A stretch of 64,000 nucleotides of DNA, from IMG/VR virus record IMGVR_UViG_3300035666_000002, one strand, 5' to 3'. Origin of the DNA: a virus. The position numbers and the translations under genes were made by a program. The notes under the pieces were generated by a model that did not search any database, was not told the origin of the DNA, and worked only from the letters and a program-made list of their open reading frames with translations. This document shows positions 49,842 through 55,276 of the stretch, piece after piece (position 1 is the stretch's first letter; every line of letters starts with the position of its first letter).

Positions 49842-50591
49842 CTAATCCATTGAACTAAGGACCGTTTTAATTTCTTCAAGATTTTTATATCGAATAATTT
49901 CTCCGCTCATAGAATTAATACTCTCTTTAATTAGTTGACTGTTATTATACCACAAATTCACAAGAGGCACAACATTTATTTTCACAAAAAACAAACTAGT
50001 GCGGCAATCATTTAATGGTAATGTTGTTTGTCTCTCATGCCTGAAATACAAATTTTCTAGTGTCGCAGGGACATCTTTATATTGCTCTTTGATTTCTGGA
50101 TGATTACTTAATTCTGGAACTCTTGTAATTGTCCAAACATGTCTCTCAAAACTTCCTAGAACTGGATCGGCTATTGTTTGTGCAAGCTTATCACTCACCT
50201 TTCGTAGATGCTCACCATCAGCAACAGGATGATGTATTTGCATTAATGATTTATTCAGTGCTTTAAATGGAATCCATGAACTAGGAAAACAAAAACAAAT
50301 TGCAGATAAAATTCCATCATTCATGATTGCAACATCTTCTTCAAAATTCAAAGCAAAGTCTATGATATCACCCGTAATCGTTTTACCTGTCATAGATTCC
50401 GCTCTTCGAATCAATTGATTGGTTATTGCTTTGATATTCATCCCATACAAATCATAACCAAACATTGCAAGTTGTTTCGTTTTCTCAGAGAGATATTTGA
50501 CACTTGGATTAGGATTAAAAACAAAACCTGTATTCTTTTGCATTTTAGGTCTTGTTGTATAAGGAACTTGTATGATCTCTTCAATATTCAT
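49842..50591 (-). CDS. DUF3445 / heme-dependent oxidative N-demethylase-like protein
   Basis: EEDVAIM..CFCFPSSW..KSLMQIHHPV..RHVWTI..FRHERQT..LFFVK; start moved to ATG 50591 (GGAG RBS) because the longer ORF runs into a tRNA. Confidence 0.75.
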   Translation of the reverse strand: MNIEEIIQVPYTTRPKMQKNTGFVFNPNPSVKYLSEKTKQLAMFGYDLYGMNIKAITNQLIRRAESMTGKTITGDIIDFALNFEEDVAIMNDGILSAICFCFPSSWIPFKALNKSLMQIHHPVADGEHLRKVSDKLAQTIADPVLGSFERHVWTITRVPELSNHPEIKEQYKDVPATLENLYFRHERQTTLPLNDCRTSLFFVKINVVPLVNLWYNNSQLIKESINSMSGEIIRYKNLEEIKTVLSSMD

Positions 50592-50600
50592 AATATCTCC

Positions 50601-50675
50601 TGGTGGTTCAAAGTGGTAACGATCCACTCTCCTCGGCTTATGATACCGGTACGCATCCATCTACGTCATTGAACC
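50601..50675 (-). tRNA. tRNA(CAU), probably Met
   Basis: Loop ATCATAA; atypical T-loop ATCGTTA; CCA. Confidence 0.75.
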
Positions 50676-50679
50676 TAAT

Positions 50680-50753
50680 TGGTAGCGGGACCTGGACTCG
50701 AACCAAGAACTGAAGCTTATGAGACTTCTGAGATACCCTTTCTCTATCCCGCA
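50680..50753 (-). tRNA. tRNA-Met(CAU), initiator-like 1:72 mismatch
   Basis: Loop CTCATAA; U1xU72 mismatch, but lacks the three anticodon-stem GC pairs. Confidence 0.8.
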
Positions 50754-50756
50754 AAC

Positions 50757-50832
50757 TGGTCTCCGACACTGGACTCGAACCAGCACCTTCTACGCCCCAA
50801 ACGTAGTGGACTACCTATTATCCCAATCGGAG
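50757..50832 (-). tRNA. tRNA-Pro(UGG)
   Basis: Loop TTTGGGG; C1-G72, A73. Confidence 0.9.
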
Positions 50833-50840
50833 TAAAACTT

Positions 50841-50914
50841 TGGTGCCCCCACCCGGAATCGAACTGGGAATTGATGCTTACAAGGCAACTGTTATACCAT
50901 TTAACTATAGGGGC
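50841..50914 (-). tRNA. tRNA-Thr(UGU)
   Basis: Loop CTTGTAA; CCA. Confidence 0.92.
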
Positions 50915-50919
50915 AAAAC

Positions 50920-50994
50920 TGGTGGACCGCAAGAGAATCGAACTCTTACCTCCGCCGTGCAAAGGCGGCGTGCTCCCATTATCACTAGCAGCCC
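50920..50994 (-). tRNA. tRNA-Ala(UGC)
   Basis: Loop TTTGCAC; G3.U70. Confidence 0.92.
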
Positions 50995-51012
50995 GAAAAA
51001 TTTATTTAGTAA

Positions 51013-51137
51013 CCATATTGAAACACACTTGAGGTAACCGTGACAAGCGGGGTCTTTTTACACCTCTCTACCTGCATACTCACCAGATAGTCATTTCTGT
51101 TCTGAGGACGCTTTCGATTTAGTATGCTTCAATATGG
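51013..51137 (-). ncRNA. stem-bounded ncRNA candidate A
   Basis: Closed by inverted repeat CCATATTGAAGCATACT / AGTGTGTTTCAATATGG. Confidence 0.55.
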
Positions 51138-51211
51138 TGCCCCCTCTCAGATTCGAACTGAGACTCTACGGCTTCTAAGACCGTTCTCTCTACCAATTGG
51201 AGTAAGAGGGC
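51135..51211 (-). tRNA. tRNA-Leu(UAG), short variable loop
   Basis: Loop CTTAGAA; only 5-nt variable region; A73-CCA. Confidence 0.85.
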
Positions 51212-51213
51212 TT

Positions 51214-51289
51214 TGGCTCCGGAGGTTGGGATCGAACCAACGACATTCTGATTAACAGTCAGACGCAACTACCGCTGTGCTACTCCGGA
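51214..51289 (-). tRNA. tRNA-Asn(GUU)
   Basis: Loop CTGTTAA; G73. Confidence 0.95.
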
Positions 51290-51295
51290 TCATTC

Positions 51296-51370
51296 TGGCG
51301 GTCCCAACGGGACTCGAACCCGTTCCTGCGCCGTGACAGGGCGCTATACTCGCCGATATACTATGGAACC
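51296..51370 (-). tRNA. tRNA-Asp(GUC)
   Basis: Loop CTGTCAC; G73. Confidence 0.95.
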
Positions 51371-51376
51371 TAAATT

Positions 51377-51463
51377 TGGTGGATGCGGATGGATTCGAAC
51401 CACCAGCGTTTCTTATGTCACAGATTTACAGTCTGCTGCCGTCAACCATTTGGCTACGCATCC
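51377..51463 (-). tRNA. tRNA-Tyr(GUA)
   Basis: Loop CTGTAAA; long variable arm. Confidence 0.95.
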
Positions 51464-51468
51464 ATATT

Positions 51469-51542
51469 TGGTACGGGCACCGAGAATCGAACTCGGATTT
51501 ACTGGTTAAAAGCCAGTTACTTTACCACTAAGTTATACCCGC
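51469..51542 (-). tRNA. tRNA-Lys(UUU)
   Basis: Loop CTTTTAA; CCA. Confidence 0.92.
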
Positions 51543-51548
51543 AAATTT

Positions 51549-51624
51549 TGGTGGGCCCAGTAGGTTTCGAACCTACGACCAATGAATTATGAGTTCACTG
51601 CTCTGACCTCTGAGCTATAGGCCC
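51549..51624 (-). tRNA. tRNA-Ile2(CAU, lysidine type)
   Basis: GGGCCTATAGCTCAG..CTCATAA; resembles bacterial ileX-type tRNAs. Confidence 0.85.
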
Positions 51625-51721
51625 ATATTGAAACACACTACGGTCTATACATGCTTTCAATGAGAGGCATGCGGTGTACCAGCCCTGATCTTTTTACAGA
51701 TTCTAATGTGTTTCAATATGG
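51623..51721 (-). ncRNA. stem-bounded ncRNA candidate B
   Basis: Closed by CCATATTGAAACACATTA / TAGTGTGTTTCAATATGG. Confidence 0.55.
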
Positions 51722-51842
51722 TCAAACAGGGCAGGGGATGGACGCATCTTCCGTTTCAAACGATAGTCCGGACTATCTACGCGGTCGAAGTTGGTCTTTA
51801 GTCTGCAACCTCACTAAGTCGTTTTGGTTACTTCCTGTTCGA
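51719..51842 (-). ncRNA. about 124-nt structured RNA candidate with acceptor-like stem and 3' CCA
   Basis: 5' TCGAACAGG pairs with CCTGTTTGA-CCA; internal hairpin GATAGTCCGGACTATC; no cloverleaf. Confidence 0.5.
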
Positions 51843-51844
51843 TA

Positions 51845-51949
51845 CCATATTGAAGCACACTGACTGCATTGAAACAGCCCACCCTGCCACATGGCAGAGC
51901 TGAGTCCACTCTCGGGGCGTGGCCTACGCCCTAGTGTGCTTCAATATGG
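51845..51949 (-). ncRNA. stem-bounded ncRNA candidate C (GC-rich multibranch)
   Basis: Perfect 17-bp closing repeat CCATATTGAAGCACACT / AGTGTGCTTCAATATGG; three internal hairpins. Confidence 0.6.
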
Positions 51950-52021
51950 TACACCGTACGAGAATCGAACTCGTCTTTCCAGCGTGAAAGGCTAGCGTCC
52001 TAACCGATAGACGAACGGTGC
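51947..52021 (-). tRNA. tRNA-Glu(UUC)
   Basis: Loop CTTTCAC; CCA. Confidence 0.92.
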
Positions 52022-52033
52022 ATCGAACAACAA

Positions 52034-52046
52034 TTTTTAAAGAGCA
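52034..52046 (-). promoter_or_regulatory. boxA antitermination element
   Basis: TGCTCTTTAAAAA between the internal promoter and tRNA-Glu; rrn boxA consensus is TGCTCTTTAACA. Confidence 0.75.
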
Positions 52047-52067
52047 TTTGCATCATCAACAGAATCT

Positions 52068-52125
52068 ATTATACAGATTCCACACACTATGTCAACAACT
52101 TTTTTGTTGTTGTTTTTTTACAACT
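52068..52125 (-). promoter_or_regulatory. internal sigma70-like promoter with palindrome in the tRNA array
   Basis: TTGACA-16-TATAAT; TGTTG-N8-CAACT at 52108-52125. Confidence 0.85.
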
Positions 52126-52202
52126 GGAGTACAGAGTCGGATTCGAACCGACGGCTTTAGAGTTTTGCAGACTCTTGCATTGGACCACTCTGCCATCTGT
52201 AC
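52125..52202 (-). tRNA. tRNA-Cys(GCA)
   Basis: Loop CTGCAAA; U73-CCA. Confidence 0.92.
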
Positions 52203-52209
52203 ATGAATT

Positions 52210-52304
52210 TGGTAGTAGGTAAGAGATTCGAACTCTTCCGTTTCAGCCCATCTGACCGATCTCCCGAGCTTATAAGACTCAGCCGCACACCAGTGCTACC
52301 TACC
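52210..52304 (-). tRNA. atypical tRNA with UAU anticodon (nominally Ile), long variable arm
   Basis: Acceptor GGTAGGT/ACCTACT, loop CTTATAA, about 27-nt variable region, 4-nt D-loop. Confidence 0.75.
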
Positions 52305-52306
52305 GT

Positions 52307-52396
52307 TGGCGGAGTGACTGGGACTCGAACCCAGAACCCGGCGTTAACCGAGCGACGGATTAGCAATCCGCTCTAATACCATTATAGGACCACTCC
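52307..52396 (-). tRNA. tRNA-Ser(GCU)
   Basis: Loop TTGCTAA; long variable arm; G73. Confidence 0.92.
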
Positions 52397-52404
52397 ATTA
52401 AATT

Positions 52405-52492
52405 TGGCGGAAGCGGTGAGATTCGAACTCACGGACCCTTTCGGACCTCCAGTTTTCAAGACTGGCGCCATAGACCACTCGACCACACTTCC
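52405..52492 (-). tRNA. tRNA-Ser(UGA)
   Basis: Loop CTTGAAA; long variable arm; G73. Confidence 0.95.
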
Positions 52493-52499
52493 TAAATTT

Positions 52500-52573
52500 T
52501 GGCAGGGGTACTTGGAATCGAACCAAGAATACTTGAATCAAAATCGAGTGTGATGCCATTTCACCATACCCCA
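52500..52573 (-). tRNA. tRNA-Gln(UUG)
   Basis: Loop TTTTGAT; G73-CCA. Confidence 0.9.
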
Positions 52574-52586
52574 ATAGAAAACTAAA

Positions 52587-52599
52587 TTTTTAAAGAACA
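52587..52599 (-). promoter_or_regulatory. boxA-like antitermination element
   Basis: TGTTCTTTAAAAA immediately before the first tRNA. Confidence 0.7.
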
Positions 52600-52608
52600 A
52601 CTACTAAT

Positions 52609-52643
52609 AAAAAACCCCAGAGACCTTTTGGTGTCTGGGGTTT
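52609..52643 (-). terminator. intrinsic terminator (attenuator) ahead of the tRNA array
   Basis: AAACCCCAGA-CACCAAAAGGTC-TCTGGGGTTT-TTT; its 5' arm also pairs with GGGGTTTGTGT at 52682-52672. Confidence 0.88.
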
Positions 52644-52667
52644 GTGTGAATTTCTACTATTCTACAA

Positions 52668-52784
52668 CTATACACAAACCCCTAAAATCTTATTATCGCA
52701 GGCATTACCAATCTCTAGATAAAAGGATGGCTGCCACGATGTTGATCGTGTTATGGGTCTAAAATAATGTTTGGTTTTAATCAT
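52668..52784 (-). CDS. putative 38-aa attenuator leader peptide MIKTKHYFRPITRSTSWQPSFYLEIGNACDNKILGVCV
   Basis: ATG at predicted +1 of the promoter; contains all 20 amino acids; last codons form the antiterminator 5' strand. Confidence 0.75.
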   Translation of the reverse strand: MIKTKHYFRPITRSTSWQPSFYLEIGNACDNKILGVCV

Positions 52785-52790
52785 AGTAAT

Positions 52791-52819
52791 ACTATATATG
52801 CTTTTTTTCTCTTTGTCAA
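52791..52819 (-). promoter_or_regulatory. sigma70-like promoter of the leader/tRNA operon
   Basis: TTGACA(52819-52814)-17-TATAGT(52796-52791). Confidence 0.85.
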
Positions 52820-53115
52820 GGGTTTAAATCAATTTTATGTAAACTAGATTTTCGAACTGTTCCGTCTTCATCTCGATAACACACATATCCTTCTTCATCA
52901 ACAAAAACAGAACCATTCCAAAAATATTTTCGAGTCTTATATTTTGCGATTGCTTCTTCAGAGTATTCGGTTACATCGTGCTTAATTGAACCCAACCAAT
53001 CGTCCCAGTTTGGATCACACTCTTCTGCAATTTGCAAAAGATGATCCTCATTCTCAGCTTCAATTACATGAACATTACGAAAAGTGGAAATTGTTTCAAC
53101 GATATACTTTTTCAT
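52816..53115 (-). CDS. hypothetical protein
   Basis: ATGA-coupled ORF; KYIVETISTFR N-terminus. Confidence 0.7.
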   Translation of the reverse strand: MKKYIVETISTFRNVHVIEAENEDHLLQIAEECDPNWDDWLGSIKHDVTEYSEEAIAKYKTRKYFWNGSVFVDEEGYVCYRDEDGTVRKSSLHKIDLNP

Positions 53116-53417
53116 TTTGCTTGACCCAGTGTAAATTTAACTTCTTTAATCGAGTCCCAACGGAAAGAACGCCATCCTTTTGCTTCAATATCGAACACTG
53201 CAAGAGACTCTGTAGGTTTAGTACGACCAGAGTTTTTGGGTGCTTGATCGACAGGAATATCACCTTCATACAAGGTACAATTCATTACACGTTCAGTACC
53301 ATCTTGTTTCGTGAAAGTGACAGTCACAGATTGTTCGCAAAGGACACCAATCAACCAATCCCTAGCTTTTTGATCAGCGAAAGTGTTTGTATCAACATTA
53401 TCAATCATTTTCATCAC
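53112..53417 (-). CDS. Sm-like/SH3 (WYL_2-type) domain protein
   Basis: VTFTKQDGTERVMNCT..VFDIEAKGWRSFRWDSI. Confidence 0.8.
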   Translation of the reverse strand: MMKMIDNVDTNTFADQKARDWLIGVLCEQSVTVTFTKQDGTERVMNCTLYEGDIPVDQAPKNSGRTKPTESLAVFDIEAKGWRSFRWDSIKEVKFTLGQAK

Positions 53418-53432
53418 AACTCCATATTGAAT

Positions 53433-53780
53433 TTAAGTTAGTTTAACTCTTTCTTTTATCTCTGTCAAGTATTTTTGAAACCAAACATCAGAATTTTCCC
53501 GCTTTTTGATCATAGTTCCGTAAATATTCGTACCAACCAGACCTTTGATATATTCTAGTGGGTCCATAAAAATCGCATCAAACGAATCATCGAAAACTAA
53601 ATTGTCCGATTCATCATACTTCAAAAAACAAACATGGTAATGTACACCACCAGAACTTGATACTTGAACTTTTCCTTTCATGGGTTCATGAAATGTCATG
53701 AACCTAATTTCAGTCTCACCCTCTTCACCCGGAATAAAAGCTAATCCATCACACTTTTCCAGATATTCTCTCTCACTCAT
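53433..53780 (-). CDS. hypothetical protein
   Basis: ORF track; ATG start at 53780. Confidence 0.65.
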   Translation of the reverse strand: MSEREYLEKCDGLAFIPGEEGETEIRFMTFHEPMKGKVQVSSSGGVHYHVCFLKYDESDNLVFDDSFDAIFMDPLEYIKGLVGTNIYGTMIKKRENSDVWFQKYLTEIKERVKLT

Positions 53781-53910
53781 ATCTTTGTTCACGAATCATC
53801 TTTCGTTCCTCTTTTTTACGATTGTATATTTTTACGAGCGGCACCACACGCATACTATACTTAGGTGTACGAAGATCCTTCGCTACCGAATTGCGACGCT
53901 TAGTAACCAT
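53773..53910 (-). CDS. 45-aa basic protein, ArfA (alternative ribosome rescue factor)-like
   Basis: MVTKRRNSVAKDLRTPKYSMRVVPLVKIYNRKKEE...; AGGA RBS; not in ORF track. Confidence 0.5.
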   Translation of the reverse strand: MVTKRRNSVAKDLRTPKYSMRVVPLVKIYNRKKEERKMIREQRYE

Positions 53911-54011
53911 GTTAAAATTCCTAAAATAAAAATCCATTCGATGAGTGTAAAGTTTAGACCGTAATCATAATACCAGTTTGTAACTTTTCGCTTGATTTTA
54001 TCAATCATCAT
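53883..54011 (-). CDS. 42-aa membrane peptide
   Basis: MMIDKIKRKVTNWYYDYGLNFTLIEWIFILGILTWLLSVAIR. Confidence 0.5.
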   Translation of the reverse strand: MMIDKIKRKVTNWYYDYGLNFTLIEWIFILGILTWLLSVAIR

Positions 54012-54144
54012 ATTCATCCAATTCTTGTTCAGCTAGAGAAATTAGTTCACGCATTCTTAATAAAAGATAGTGGCTAGCTTCAGCTTTTTCTAACAGCTTT
54101 AGAGCCTGCCACAAGGCTTTCAATGCGTCATCTTGAATGTGCAT
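54001..54144 (-). CDS. 47-aa hypothetical protein
   Basis: AAAGGA RBS; MHIQDDALKALWQALKLLEK... Confidence 0.5.
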   Translation of the reverse strand: MHIQDDALKALWQALKLLEKAEASHYLLLRMRELISLAEQELDEYDD

Positions 54145-54169
54145 TATTTATTCCTTTGTTGCAGTGCAA

Positions 54170-54177
54170 TATAAATA
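54170..54177 (+). promoter_or_regulatory. T4-type late promoter
   Basis: Exact TATAAATA upstream of two small + strand ORFs. Confidence 0.7.
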
Positions 54178-54227
54178 CAGTTGAGGCAAAACCTCATCAA
54201 TTACAAAATAAACCCAAAAGGTCAAAA

Positions 54228-54383
54228 ATGATTAAGAAAATTTTAGATTACATCTCTCTAAAAATCAGACAATATGATGAAAAAACTTTCAATGAATGCC
54301 ATTTCAAATATGCTCAGGATATTGTGGATGTAGAGAGAATCCTTCGTCAACTTGACCACAACAGAAAAGGATTTTCCCGATGA
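54228..54383 (+). CDS. DUF3563-like small protein
   Basis: AQDIVDVERILRQLD motif; AAAGG RBS. Confidence 0.55.
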   Translation: MIKKILDYISLKIRQYDEKTFNECHFKYAQDIVDVERILRQLDHNRKGFSR

Positions 54384-54484
54384 AAAAAATTCTAGACATT
54401 ATCAAGATAGTATTTAATGGTATCGCCGAAGGTAGAGCAAAGACTTACGAAGAAAGATTGCGTCAAAGAGGAATTAGACTCTAA
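54380..54484 (+). CDS. 34-aa hypothetical peptide
   Basis: ATGA-coupled; MKKILDIIKIVFNGIAEGRAK... Confidence 0.5.
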   Translation: MKKILDIIKIVFNGIAEGRAKTYEERLRQRGIRL

Positions 54485-54626
54485 TTTAGAATTAGGTGAG
54501 CAGCATGGGCTCCGTTGGCTGCACTTAGAAACAAAGCCGCCCATCCGGAGCCATTTCTTCCATTCTCAAAATCTTTTTGAGCCATCTTCCACAAAATCGC
54601 AGAAAAGAGTGCGCTAAGAAAAGCCA

Positions 54627-54836
54627 TCATACATTTTCCTGAATTGTACGCATCAATTGCTTGACATAGATTTCACGCTTACGCTTAGGAAGATTCGAGA
54701 TAACTTCACTCAACATTGAGCCAAGATATCCAGCACCGTAGGCATATCCGTTGTATTTTTTGTCATGAACTTTGTTGAACAAATCAACAACACTTTGAAC
54801 TTCACGACGGACATTCATTTGATTTTCGACGTTCAT
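54627..54836 (-). CDS. hypothetical early protein
   Basis: AGGAG RBS before ATG 54836; YAYGAGYLGSML. Confidence 0.6.
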   Translation of the reverse strand: MNVENQMNVRREVQSVVDLFNKVHDKKYNGYAYGAGYLGSMLSEVISNLPKRKREIYVKQLMRTIQENV

Positions 54837-54837
54837 A

Positions 54838-55020
54838 TCAAACTCCTGATTTTGCAAATTTAACAAACTCAAAATAATCGCGAAGACACCGAGTGCCTTC
54901 ATACTCTTCAATATGAGTTTCAATGTATCGCAAAGCTTCTACTGGCTTGTAGAACCAAGCATTACAAATTGCAGAAATCTCATCGAAGAGGGCTGGGAAG
55001 TTTTTCGTTTCATTCATCAT
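54838..55020 (-). CDS. hypothetical early protein
   Basis: Starts 7 nt after TATAAT. Confidence 0.6.
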   Translation of the reverse strand: MMNETKNFPALFDEISAICNAWFYKPVEALRYIETHIEEYEGTRCLRDYFEFVKFAKSGV

Positions 55021-55027
55021 GTAATCG

Positions 55028-55086
55028 ATTATACAGAAGCCAAGCCAAATGTCAAGCAGTCAGGAGTTTGTTGTTTTTTAGCAACA
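55028..55086 (-). promoter_or_regulatory. sigma70-like promoter with palindrome
   Basis: TTGACA-16-TATAAT; palindrome 55069-55086. Confidence 0.85.
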
Positions 55087-55087
55087 A

Positions 55088-55276
55088 TCAGTATTCCGTC
55101 GCAGACTGCTTAAACCACTTAATGCCTTCTTCCCAACCTTCTTGGAATGTCTGCCAGTGATCCTCGATGACAGGATTGCGATACTGCCCATTAGCCAATC
55201 GGGTCGTATCTATTTCACCAGGAACAAAATTCACCAAAGTAACTTGCTCGAAAATTTCACGCATTTCCAATTTCAT
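55088..55276 (-). CDS. hypothetical protein
   Basis: ORF track; GGAG RBS. Confidence 0.6.
   Translation of the reverse strand: MKLEMREIFEQVTLVNFVPGEIDTTRLANGQYRNPVIEDHWQTFQEGWEEGIKWFKQSATEY

Noticed and set aside
51013-51137. Possible hammerhead ribozyme in element A (CTGAGGA, GAAA and CTGGTGAG words)
   Set aside because: Could not assemble the CUGANGA-stem II-GAAA-stem III core in the right order on either strand.
48121-52366. Track ORFs overlapping tRNA genes (e.g. 48121..48324, 50679..51032, 51383..51592, 52157..52366) and the N-terminal extension of 49842..50660
   Set aside because: They are translations of tRNA sequence.
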